From an uncultured Acidobacteriota bacterium (GTDB lineage: Bacteria > Acidobacteriota > Blastocatellia > RBC074), in NCBI GenBank assembly GCA_963796275.1, contig CAWCKY010000006.1, positions 1,216,001 to 1,280,000 of the forward strand: 64,000 bases of DNA, written 5' to 3'. A program made the translations under genes and the position numbers. Shown here in pieces: positions 31,022 through 40,988 of this stretch (position 1 is its first letter; every line of letters begins with the position of its first letter). The notes below the pieces were generated by a model. The model was given only the letters and a program-made list of their open reading frames with translations. It was not told where the DNA came from and searched no databases.

Positions 31022-33075
31022 ATGAAGATCAGTTATAACTGGCTGAAGGAATTTGTAGATATTGACCTCGCGCCTCGCGATCTGGCGGCGAAACTGACAA
31101 TGGTGGGATTGGCCGTCGATGCGGTCGACGCACACGGTGATGACTTTATTCTTGAGTTTGATTTGACGTCGAACAGGCCTGATTGTCTTTCACATCTGGG
31201 CATCGCGCGCGAGGCCGCTGTCGTTTGCGGAAAGACTCTCCGGTTGCCCGGCATCGCGCTTTCCGAGGCGCAGACGAAAGGCAGTGAAGTCGCTTCGGTT
31301 GAGATACTCAGTCCGGAGTTTTGTCCGCGTTACACCGCTCGCGTGATCAGTGGGGTAAAGATCGGGCCATCGCCTGCCTGGTTGGTGGATAGGCTGGAGG
31401 CGATGGGTCAGCGCAGCGTCAACAATATCGCCGACATCACCAACTACGTCATGCTTGAGCTGGGGCAGCCGCTGCACGCATTCGACTTAAATCGATTGAA
31501 AGAGAAACGAATCATCGTCCGGGCGGCGCGCCCCGGGGAAATGATTACGACTCTCGATGGCGAGGAGCGCGAACTGACGCCCGAGATGCTGGTCATCGCC
31601 GACGCCGGCAGAGCCGTTGCGCTCGCGGGTATAAAGGGCGGGGAAGATTCCGGCATCTCCGATGCGACGAGGGATGTCTTGCTGGAAGCCGCATATTTCA
31701 CCCCGGCGCAGGTGCGCGCGACGTCAAAATCGTTGGGTTTAGGCACCGAGGCTTCTTACCGCTTCGAGCGGGGGACAGATCCTGAAATCGTGCCGTTCGC
31801 TTCGGACCGCGCTGCTGCGATGATCGCAGAAATCGCCGGCGGCGAGGTGCTTCGAGGCATTATCGATGTGTATCCCGGGAGATTGACGCGAGATCCGTAA
31901 CTTTGCGCCGCACCCGATACAAGACGGTCACCGGATTGGAGGTGGAATTGGGTGAAGCCAGCCGCATTCTGCACGAGCTCGGCTTCAAGGTCGACGCCGA
32001 TATTGATAAGGGTGCAGTTAGCGCAACCGCTCCGGCCTGGCGGACCGATGTCAATATCGAAGAGGACTTGATCGAGGAGATCGCGCGGATCTCCGGTTAC
32101 GATAACCTCAGGACGAGCCTGCCTGGAAGCGCGGGCGCGGGGGCTTATCTAAAGAATGAAGAATCCAGGCGGGCGGCGCGCAATACGCTGACGGCGCTCG
32201 GTTACAGCGAGGCGATCAGCTTCAGCTTCGTCAACGAGGAGTCCGATGGAGAGGTGAGCGAATACACCTCTGATAGGCGGCTCGCATTGCAGAATCCAAT
32301 AGATGAGACGCAATCTCATATGCGGACGGTTTTGCTGGGCGGCTTGCTCAAAGCCTTGGAACACAATTTCAATCGTGGCACCCGCAACGTACGGTTGTTC
32401 GAGATCGGCAAATGTTTTGTCGATATGAACGATGTCAGGCCGGATGAGATCGAGCGTCTGGCGCTGGTCGCGACCGGCGCGCGCAATGAAGCGGACTGGC
32501 TGGCTGCCAGGGCGACTATCGATTTCTACGACATGAAAGGTGCGGTCGAGGCGGTTTGCGAAAAATTAGGGCTTCCCGAATTCGCGGTTGCCCCCGTCCG
32601 GGATGTCCCCTATTTGCATCCGGGCAGGGCTGCGATAATATCCTTGGGAGGATACGATGTCGGACGTATCGGACAGCTTCATCCACGGGTCGGTGCAAAT
32701 TACAAGTTCAAACAGCCTGTCTTTGTGGCAGAGCTCGTTTTCAGGGAATTGTTATCGGCGGATCGGACGCAGATACGTTATCAACCGCTGCCGAAATTCC
32801 CGGCCGTGATTCGCGACCTCGCGCTTTTAATCGATGCTGATATACCTTTTGCTGAGATTGAGGGCGCGATCAGAGACCTCAGAATTCCGGAGCTGGTCAG
32901 CATCAGACTATTCGATCTGTATGAAGGTAAGGATTTGCCGAGAGGCAAGCACTCGATAGCGCTCTCGCTGCGTTATCGGGCAACCGACCGAACGCTGACA
33001 GACGACGAGGTCAATGACGAGCACGAACGGGTTATCAAAACATTGAAGCGGCGATTTGCAGTTGAAATACGATGA
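31022..33075 (+). CDS. pheT: Phenylalanine--tRNA ligase beta subunit; single frameshift near 31897 (probable sequencing error)
   Basis: [53 protein letters not shown] and FDX-ACB C-terminus. Adding one G (CCG GTA ACT TTG) fuses the two ORFs. Confidence 0.95.
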
Positions 33076-33341
33076 TCGGATTGGAAAAATTCTCGCATCT
33101 TGAAGACAAAATCCATCGCACGGTCGAATTGTGCAAAGCGCTCGAACAAGAGAAGGAGAACCTCGAACGGGAATTCGAGAAGGTTGGCAAAATTATCGCA
33201 GATCTGAAGAAGGATAATATTGATCTGGAAAGACAAATTGAGCGGTTGATCAGAGACCGTGAATCGATGCAATTGAAGGTCGAAGCAATGCTCGATGCAA
33301 TCGCGATGCTCGAGATGGAGGCCGAATCGGTGAAGAAGTAG
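33072..33341 (+). CDS. ZapB-like coiled-coil protein
   Basis: [11 protein letters not shown] coiled coil; ATGA overlap with pheT; lies directly upstream of zapA. Confidence 0.7.
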   Translation: MIGLEKFSHLEDKIHRTVELCKALEQEKENLEREFEKVGKIIADLKKDNIDLERQIERLIRDRESMQLKVEAMLDAIAMLEMEAESVKK

Positions 33342-33465
33342 AGATTTACTGCAAACGAAAGAAATCGGGAGACAGAATTCTAAAGCAGAATAATGCTCAT
33401 CGGATGAGTTCTGACTTCTGAATGCATCTTCATTTGTGGCGAACCCTCGCTGATCGAGGATCAAT

Positions 33466-33780
33466 ATGGAGAATCAAGGGCATAAGACGGTTAACGTCAA
33501 AATATACAACCAGAGCTATAGCATTCGGGCTGGCGACGGCAACGTTGAGCGCACACAGCAGCTGGCGGCGCTGGTCGACAACCAGATGCGCGAGATTGCC
33601 AAAGGTGCGCTGACGGCCGATTCGCTCAAAGTCGCGATTCTGGCGGCGCTGCATATCGCTGATGAGCTCGATCGGGCGAACAATAAATACGAGGAATTGA
33701 ATCAAACTATCGCGGTTCGGAGCACGGAATGTGCCGAACTACTCGATCAAGTTCTCAAGAGCCCCAAGAGGGACACGTGA
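33466..33780 (+). CDS. zapA: Cell division protein ZapA
   Basis: [36 protein letters not shown]. Confidence 0.92.
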   Translation: MENQGHKTVNVKIYNQSYSIRAGDGNVERTQQLAALVDNQMREIAKGALTADSLKVAILAALHIADELDRANNKYEELNQTIAVRSTECAELLDQVLKSPKRDT

Positions 33781-35465
33781 AAAAGTTAATTCTGATAGGC
33801 TTAATTTTCGCAGTCGCCGGGATGTATTATCCGCAAGACTCACAGGCGCAGCGCAAGCCGGCGAAAGCGCCGTCAGCGAAAGTTAAATCGACATCGAAAC
33901 CCGGTAAAATAGGTGAATTCGGTAATGTCGAGGGTATAACGGCTTCTCAGTTAAAAGATTATCTATACTTCATCTCATCCGATGAAATGGGGGGACGCAG
34001 CACACCATCGCGCGGGCTCGATTTGACCGCAAAGTTCATCGCTTTAAACCTTTCGCGTTGGGGGCTCAAACCCGCAGGAACGGATGGAACTTTTTTCCAA
34101 AAATTCGGACTAGAGCAACGACAATTATTTCCCGATAAAACGAGCGCCAGTATCGGCGGACAGAGCTTTAAAATCGCGGATGATTTTCTTCCCCGGCCTA
34201 TTCCGGGAACAGCTACGGGCAAACTCGTCTATGTCGGTCATGGCAAGATACTCAAGTCGAAACAGATCGATCCTTATCGAGGGATCGATGTGAAAGATAA
34301 AATAATAGTAGTCGCTGACGGGTATCCGAAAGGCCTGAGCAACCGTGATTTCCGCGATGGGAAGCCGGGAGTAGATTATGACTTACCCGAAAACTATGCC
34401 GCTGCCCACGGAGCCAGAGGTGTCATTATCATTCCTAGTCCCTCGGGTTTGAATTTCTGGAATCAACGCTATCTTTCCTATTTGCATCCCAGATCGCCCG
34501 TTCCCATTGCCATTCAAAAGGAGAACAAGGTGCCCACAATTATCGCCACAGCGAATATGGCGAATGCCATCCTAACAGGCGAAAAGATCGATTATACGGG
34601 GGTAATGAAACAGTTGGAGACCGGGGAATTCAGCGAATCATTCGATCTAGGTCCTGGAAAAGAGGCTGCGTTCACGGTAGCCGCCAAGGTTGAAACGATT
34701 CTTACGCAAAATGTCGTGGCGGTGCTCGAAGGCAGCGATCCGGCCCTGAAAGCGGAATACGTCTCGATCGGGGCACATTACGACCACGTCGGAGACGACC
34801 CGAAGGAAGGTTGCAGACAAATCGGCGATGATTCCATTTGCAATGGCGCGGATGACGATGGTTCGGGTACGGTAGCCGTGCTGGCGATGGCCGAAGCGCT
34901 CTCGCAAGGGCCGCGCCCGAAAAGGTCGATACTTTTCGTCTGGCACGCCGGAGAGGAGAAGGGATTATGGGGATCGGATTTTGTCACTGCCCATCCACCA
35001 GTTCCTATCAATAAGATAATCACTCAACTGAATATCGATATGATAGGCCGCAGTAAAAAAGAGGGAAACACCAATCCGAGGAACAGGAATCTGACCGGCC
35101 CGGATGAAATCTATGTCATCGGATCGAAGATAATGAGCACCGAACTGGGCGAGTTGAGCGACGCGGTGAACAGATCTTTCCTCAACCTGAAATTCAATTA
35201 CAAATACGATGCCCCACGCGATCCGGAAGGGCTATTCTATCGCAGCGACCATTTCAACTATGCGAAGCGAGGCATCCCGATAATCTTCTACTTCGACGGT
35301 GTACATGAGGATTATCATATGCCTACGGATACGGCGGACAAGATCGATTATGACAAGATGGAGAAGGTCTCGCGTACGATTTTCGCTACACTATGGAAAC
35401 TGGCAAATGGACCGAGCCGGCCAAAAGTCGATAAGCCGATGCCGGCCCAGCTGTTGGGAAATTGA
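33777..35465 (+). CDS. M28 family metallopeptidase with PA domain
   Basis: GTG overlaps the zapA stop; [34 protein letters not shown] and DYH motifs. Confidence 0.92.
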   Translation: MKKLILIGLIFAVAGMYYPQDSQAQRKPAKAPSAKVKSTSKPGKIGEFGNVEGITASQLKDYLYFISSDEMGGRSTPSRGLDLTAKFIALNLSRWGLKPAGTDGTFFQKFGLEQRQLFPDKTSASIGGQSFKIADDFLPRPIPGTATGKLVYVGHGKILKSKQIDPYRGIDVKDKIIVVADGYPKGLSNRDFRDGKPGVDYDLPENYAAAHGARGVIIIPSPSGLNFWNQRYLSYLHPRSPVPIAIQKENKVPTIIATANMANAILTGEKIDYTGVMKQLETGEFSESFDLGPGKEAAFTVAAKVETILTQNVVAVLEGSDPALKAEYVSIGAHYDHVGDDPKEGCRQIGDDSICNGADDDGSGTVAVLAMAEALSQGPRPKRSILFVWHAGEEKGLWGSDFVTAHPPVPINKIITQLNIDMIGRSKKEGNTNPRNRNLTGPDEIYVIGSKIMSTELGELSDAVNRSFLNLKFNYKYDAPRDPEGLFYRSDHFNYAKRGIPIIFYFDGVHEDYHMPTDTADKIDYDKMEKVSRTIFATLWKLANGPSRPKVDKPMPAQLLGN

Positions 35466-35613
35466 ATGGAGCATATACAAATTAGAGTTGATTGTTATCA
35501 ATAGATTCTGAACGGCCAGGAGGACCCCGTTGTTTATGGTTTTGTCTCAGGGCCGAAACCATTGATTCCAGCGGCTTTTAATTTATACGCTTCAATTAAA
35601 TGGAGCAGAAACT

Positions 35614-36477
35614 ATGAAAAGTCACACGAAAAAACTGAGCTTTTTATTATCGCTAGCCGTGATGAGCTTGTTAACGGTCTCAACGCTCGCGCAGACGAAA
35701 AAGGACGACCACCACGAGCATCAACACGCCAACGAATCCAAGGTTGTAAAAGCCGGGAATTTTCTGGGCCAGGGCGATGGCCTTGAAACCTGTCCGGTGA
35801 CCGGAGATGCAATTCACAGCAAAGATATCAAGGGGGCATTTTTCGGGCGGACGGTCTATTTCTGCTGCCCGAGCTGTCTGGTCAGAGCCAAAAAGAGCCC
35901 GGCAGCCTATATGAAGAAGACTCAGAAAGAGCAGACTGCGGCAACGGCCAACCTGGTTGCGAAGAGCGAAGGCCACGATCACCACGGCGCGGCGGAGAAG
36001 TCAACGGGTAATCTAGCCAAGAGTGAAAATCCCGATGATCACGGCGCAGCCGAGCAGACGCAGGAGACAAAAAAAGGCGAGAAGCAGTTTTTAGGCAAAG
36101 GTGACGGCATCGAGTCATGCCCGGTGACAGGTGAGCCGGTAAATAAAGACATCAAAGTGGAGATCAATGGCCGTACAGTTTATGCTTGCTGCCCGGATTG
36201 CCTGGACACGGTCAAGAAAGACCCTGATCTGTATTTGAAGCAGGAGAGCGGCAACAAGAAAGAAGAGAAGAAACCTGAAAAGAAAGATGAAAAGAAAGAA
36301 CAGACTTTCCTGGGCAAGGGTGATGGGATCGAGACCTGTCCGGTGATGGGCATGCCGGTGGACAAGGATGTCAAAATGGTGATCAATGGCCGCACGATCT
36401 ACGCTTGCTGCCCCGGTTGTTTGGAGACGATTAAGGAAAACCCTGACCTTTATCTTAAGAAGACGGACAAGAAGTAA
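35614..36477 (+). CDS. Exported protein with three YHS/TRASH-like (CPVxG...YxCCPxC) repeats
   Basis: Signal peptide; three copies of FLG(Q/K)GDGxExCPVxG...GRT(V/I)YxCCPxC; His-rich linkers. Confidence 0.8.
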   Translation: MKSHTKKLSFLLSLAVMSLLTVSTLAQTKKDDHHEHQHANESKVVKAGNFLGQGDGLETCPVTGDAIHSKDIKGAFFGRTVYFCCPSCLVRAKKSPAAYMKKTQKEQTAATANLVAKSEGHDHHGAAEKSTGNLAKSENPDDHGAAEQTQETKKGEKQFLGKGDGIESCPVTGEPVNKDIKVEINGRTVYACCPDCLDTVKKDPDLYLKQESGNKKEEKKPEKKDEKKEQTFLGKGDGIETCPVMGMPVDKDVKMVINGRTIYACCPGCLETIKENPDLYLKKTDKK

Positions 36478-36502
36478 CGTTCAAGAGATATCGTAAACTT
36501 CG

Positions 36503-36540
36503 GCGAGCTGTCTTGATTTTTATGAGTCAGGGCAGCTCGC
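36503..36540 (+). terminator. Hairpin downstream of the triple-YHS gene
   Basis: GCGAGCTGTCTTGA...TCAGGGCAGCTCGC imperfect stem with a weak U-tract. Confidence 0.4.
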
Positions 36541-36548
36541 TCGCGTTT

Positions 36549-37578
36549 GGAGTTCCGCCTTCAGGCGGTCGGGAAATCATCCGGAAAGATAAAGACCGCG
36601 TAAACGCGGAACTCCAAGCGCGAAGTTCGGAGTTTCCCTTCAGGCGGTCGGGAAATCATCCGAAAAGATAAAGACCAGGTAAACGCGGAACTCCAAACGC
36701 GATAGTTGGGAGTTTCGCCTTCAGGCGGTCGGGAAATCATCCGAAAAGATAAAGACCAGGTAAACGCGGAACTCCAAACGCGATAGTTGGGAGTTTCGCC
36801 TTCAGGCGGTCGGGAAATCATCCGGAAAGATAAAGACCGCGTAAACGCGGAGACTCCAAACGCGAAGTTCGGAGTCTCCCTTCAGGCGGTCGGGAAATCA
36901 TCCGGAAAGATAAAGACCGCGTAAACGCGGAACTCCAAACGCGAAGTTCGGAGTCTCCCTTCAGGCGGTCGGGAAATCATCCGGAAAGATAAAGACCGCG
37001 TAAACGCGGAACTCCAAGCGCGAAGTTCGGAGTTCCGCCTTCAGGCGGTCGGGAAATCATCCGAAAAGATAAAGACCAGGTAAACGCGGAACTCCAAGCG
37101 CGAAGTTCGGAGTTTCCCTTCAGGCGGTCGGGAAATCATCCGGAAAGATAAAGACCAGGTAAACGCGGAACTCCAAGCGCGAAGTTCGGAGTTTCCCTTC
37201 AGGCGGTCGGGAAATCATCCGGAAAGATAAAGACCGCGTAAACGCGGAACTCCAAACGCGAAGTTCGGAGTTCCGCCTTCAGGCGGTCGGGAAATCATCC
37301 GAAAAGATAAAGACCAGGTAAACGCGGAACTCCAAGCGCGAAGTTCGGAGTTCCGCCTTCAGGCGGTCGGGAAATCATCCGGAAAGATAAAGACCGCGTA
37401 AACGCGGAACTCCAAACGCGATAGTTGGGAGTTCCGCCTTCAGGCGGTCGGGAAATCATCCGGAAAGATAAAGACCGTGTAAACGCGGAACTCCGAGCGC
37501 GAAGTTCGGAGTTTCGCCTTCAGGCGGTCGGGAAATCATCCGAAAAGATAAAGACCGCGTAAACGCGGAACTCCAAAC
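36549..37578. repeat. Tandem array of 13 x 79-81 bp REP/BIME-like units
   Basis: Unit: GGAGTTCCGCCTTCAGGCGG-TCGGGAAATCATCCGGAAAGATAAAGA-CCGCGTAAACGCGGAACTCC-AAGCGCGAAGTTC. The two 20-mers are inverted relatives and each is a hairpin. Confidence 0.95.
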
Positions 37579-37613
37579 GGAGAACCCAAAACGGGAAACT
37601 CCAAACGTTCGAG

Positions 37614-39239
37614 TTAGATAGGCAACTGGTAGTCCTTGTATTTTTCGCGCAGCACTTTTTTATCGAACTTACCCACGCTGGTCTTCGGCACCGCGTCAAT
37701 AAAGAGTATCTCGTCAGGCATCCACCATTTTGCGAATTCTCGACCCAGGTGCTGGTATATCTGTTCTTTGGTTACCTCGACGCCGGATTTCTTCACCACA
37801 CACGCCAGCGGTCGTTCCTGCCATTTCGGATGAAAGATGGCGATGACTGCGGCTTCTGCCACGCCGGGGATCGCCATAATCGAGTTCTCCAGATCGACTG
37901 ACGATATCCACTCGCCGCCGCTTTTAACCAGGTCTTTAGACCGGTCTGCAATGGCTATGTAACCCTCATTATCGATTGTAACGACGTCACCCGTATCGAG
38001 CCATCCGTCGGGAAATTTGTCAGGCGTTGGTTCCTGTTTGTAATATGTGGATGCGACCCAAGGGCCGCGAATCAGCAATCGCCCCATTGCAATGCCGTCG
38101 TGCGGGATTTCATCGCAGGCGTCATTGACGACTCGCAGCTGCAGTCCGGGCGCTTGAATGCCGGCTCGCTGTTTGACATCGAGCACTTGTTCGCGCGACC
38201 AGTCCTTCATTTCAGGCTTTGTTCGGCAGACTGTGCCGAGCGGACTGGTCTCGGTCATGCCCCAGGACTGAATGAAATTGACTCCGAGGTTGGTCTCATA
38301 CCAATCGATCAGGGCGCGCGGCGGAGCAGATCCCCCGCAGACCATTGCGCGCAAACTCGACAGATCGTATCTACCAGGATTCTGCTGCAACTCGCTCATT
38401 ACGCCCAGCCAGATCGTCGGGACGCCACTGGTGAAGGTCACTTTTTCATCCTGAATCAATCGACAGACGGAAGCGCCATCCATCGTCGGGCCTGGGAATA
38501 CCTGCTTAATCCCCAGCATGGTGGCGATGTATGGCATGCCCCAGGCATTGGCGTGGAACATCGGCACAACGGCCATCATCACATCGTTACGTGACAGGCC
38601 GAGCATGTCCGGTAACGCGACCGTGATCGTATGTATATAGTTCGAGCGATGCGTGTACATCACGCCCTTCGGATTACCGGTAGTGCCGCTCGTGTAGCAC
38701 AAGCCCATCGGTGCATATTCATCGATTTCCGGCCAGTTGAACTCCGGGCTTTCCGCGCCGATCAACGTTTCGTAATCGTGCGCGGGGGCGAAGCTTGTGT
38801 TGAATGCGCTCGTGTTGCTCATTACGATGAAATGTTTTACGGTCGGGATTTTTCCGGCGAGCTTCTCGAGCAGCGGGAGCAACTCTTCATCGATGCAGAT
38901 GACCGAATCCTCAGCGTGATTGATGATGTATTCGAGATCATTGGCCGAGAGTCGCAGATTTAGAGTATGCAGCACTGCGCCCATGCAGGGAACCGCATGG
39001 TAGATTTCGAGATGGCGGTAGCCATTCCAGGCGAAGGTGGCTACACGGTCACCCTGCTTTACGCCCAACCTGGTCAGGGCGTTGGCAAGTTGACGCACCC
39101 GTTTGCCCAGGTCTGCATAGGTGTACCGATGGATCGTGTCGCGCATCTTCGATACGATCTCGACGTTGGGTGCTAGCTGAGGCCCGCGATCCATCAGGAC
39201 CGGCATGGTCAGTGGGGAGTTCATCATTGTATTCTTCAT
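37614..39239 (-). CDS. Fatty-acid--CoA ligase (AlkK/DmdB-like AMP-binding enzyme)
   Basis: YTSGTTGNPKG, PMFHANAWG, WGMTETSP, GWLDTGD, DRSKDLVKSGGEWISS and PKTSVGK motifs. Confidence 0.94.
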   Translation of the reverse strand: MKNTMMNSPLTMPVLMDRGPQLAPNVEIVSKMRDTIHRYTYADLGKRVRQLANALTRLGVKQGDRVATFAWNGYRHLEIYHAVPCMGAVLHTLNLRLSANDLEYIINHAEDSVICIDEELLPLLEKLAGKIPTVKHFIVMSNTSAFNTSFAPAHDYETLIGAESPEFNWPEIDEYAPMGLCYTSGTTGNPKGVMYTHRSNYIHTITVALPDMLGLSRNDVMMAVVPMFHANAWGMPYIATMLGIKQVFPGPTMDGASVCRLIQDEKVTFTSGVPTIWLGVMSELQQNPGRYDLSSLRAMVCGGSAPPRALIDWYETNLGVNFIQSWGMTETSPLGTVCRTKPEMKDWSREQVLDVKQRAGIQAPGLQLRVVNDACDEIPHDGIAMGRLLIRGPWVASTYYKQEPTPDKFPDGWLDTGDVVTIDNEGYIAIADRSKDLVKSGGEWISSVDLENSIMAIPGVAEAAVIAIFHPKWQERPLACVVKKSGVEVTKEQIYQHLGREFAKWWMPDEILFIDAVPKTSVGKFDKKVLREKYKDYQLPI

Positions 39240-39386
39240 AGTTAATCGATAATTCCGCCCAGTTTGAGTATGAAGCCTCTTAGCAAAGGCTCGCCCGATA
39301 CTTCTTCAGGTTTATCGAGAATTTCGACGGCTCTATTCGGCCAACGATTGAGTGCACAAATATTTTTCAATCTTAGTATTAAACGC

Positions 39387-40901
39387 TCAGAAAACCGGGT
39401 CGGCCAGCTTCGCCAGGATTTCCGCCGAAGCCTTCTCGACATCCGCGTGCAATGAATTCCCGTGCGCGTCCATCGTGACGATCGCCGGAAAATCCGTCAC
39501 ACGCAAATGCCACATCGCTTCGGGAATGCCGAATTCGAGCAGGTTGACATCGAGCACCTCGTCGATGCATTTGGCATAAAATTGGGCTGCGCCGCCGATG
39601 GCGTTCAAATAGACCGCGCCGTGCTCCCTCATCGCAGCCAGCGTCTTCGCTCCCATTCCTCCTTTGCCGATGACCACTCGAACGCCATAGCGCCTGATGA
39701 TATCCCCCTGGTACGGTTCTTCCCGGATGCTCGTTGTCGGGCCTGCGGCGGTGATCTTGTAATTGCCGTTCTTCATAACGACCGGGCCGCAGTGGTAAAG
39801 CACCGAGCCCTGAAGATCGACCGGCGGATCATTTTTCATAAGGTACGCGTGCACGGCATCGCGGCCGGTGTACATGTCTCCCGAGACGAGCACCACCTCG
39901 CCGACTCGCAGTTCCCGCACCTGATCTTCAGCCAACGGGGCACGCAGGATTTTTTCTTTACCCGTGCGGACGAAACCGCCGTCGCGCGCCATAGGGATAT
40001 TGGTGTCATCGCGGTAGAGCCAGCGATTGATCGCGCCGGTCTTCGCATCGAGTACGACGCCCAGCCTGCGGAATGCCCAGCAGTCATAAGCGACGGAGAC
40101 GAAAAAGCTCGCGGGCAGGCGATTCATCATCCCGACCTTGCAGCCGATCAAAGTGGTACTGCCGCCGAAACCCATTGTGCCAATCCCCAGAGTGTTGGCC
40201 GTCTGCATGATGTAATCTTCCAGTCTGGCCAGTTCCGGGTTCGGATTGGTATCGTCGAGAGTGCGAAAAAGTTGTTCTTTGGCGTGCTGATATCCGGTCG
40301 TGCGGTCGCCCCCGATACAGACTCCAAGGGCGCCTGCGCTGCAGCCCTGTCCCTGGGCTTGCCACACTGCGTGCAGGATGCATTTCCGAACGCCGTCCAG
40401 GTCGCGGCCGGCCTTGCCGAGATGCTGCAATTCTGAAGGAAGGGAATATTGAATATTTTTGTTTTCGCATCCACCGCCCTTGAGCAGAAGCTTGACCTCG
40501 ATTTCGCCCTCGTTCTCCCACTGTTCGAAGTGCATCGTCGGACTTCCGGGCCCCAAATTATCGCCGCTGTTTTTACCGGTTATCGAATCGACCGAGTTCG
40601 GACGCAGCTTGCCGCGTTTGGTGGCTTCGGCGATCGCCTCCCGGATCTCCTTCTTCATCACGATCTGGTTTGCGCCGACCGGAGTTTTGATCTCGAATGT
40701 CGGCCAGCCCGTATCCTGGCAAATCGGCCCTTCGTGGTCACTGGACATATCGATGTTAGTCGCAATGACATTCAGCGCCTGGGTTGAGCGCGCGCCATCT
40801 TCCGCCTCAATCGCGCGAGCCATAGCTCGCCTCACATCGGGCGGAAGATTGGTCGATGTTTGTGAAATTAATTGCAGGATACTGTCTCGGAAACCTTTCA
40901 T
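39387..40901 (-). CDS. Class I (Fe-S) fumarate hydratase, fused alpha/beta
   Basis: PICQDTG, KGGGCEN, TGRD, YHCGP, AGPTTSIR and IGKGGM motifs. Confidence 0.93.
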   Translation of the reverse strand: MKGFRDSILQLISQTSTNLPPDVRRAMARAIEAEDGARSTQALNVIATNIDMSSDHEGPICQDTGWPTFEIKTPVGANQIVMKKEIREAIAEATKRGKLRPNSVDSITGKNSGDNLGPGSPTMHFEQWENEGEIEVKLLLKGGGCENKNIQYSLPSELQHLGKAGRDLDGVRKCILHAVWQAQGQGCSAGALGVCIGGDRTTGYQHAKEQLFRTLDDTNPNPELARLEDYIMQTANTLGIGTMGFGGSTTLIGCKVGMMNRLPASFFVSVAYDCWAFRRLGVVLDAKTGAINRWLYRDDTNIPMARDGGFVRTGKEKILRAPLAEDQVRELRVGEVVLVSGDMYTGRDAVHAYLMKNDPPVDLQGSVLYHCGPVVMKNGNYKITAAGPTTSIREEPYQGDIIRRYGVRVVIGKGGMGAKTLAAMREHGAVYLNAIGGAAQFYAKCIDEVLDVNLLEFGIPEAMWHLRVTDFPAIVTMDAHGNSLHADVEKASAEILAKLADPVF

Positions 40902-40988
40902 CTTTTTCTTCCTCTTTGTAATGTTTCAGGGGTTGGTTTGGCGCGGATAATTTACCACTTTAAAGTCGGGTCTCATAACGAAAGACGA

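Noticed and set aside
31890-31905. Naturally split pheT
   Set aside because: A single missing G restores a continuous reading frame, and there is no SD for the second half.
33780-33800. 6S RNA downstream of zapA
   Set aside because: The M28 peptidase gene overlaps the zapA stop, leaving no intergenic space.
36561-36821. 86-aa repetitive ORF on the minus strand
   Set aside because: Chance translation of the tandem array; unit lengths of 79-81 bp do not preserve the frame.
36549-37578. CRISPR array
   Set aside because: There are no unique spacers; the whole 80-bp unit repeats, and no cas genes are present in the window.
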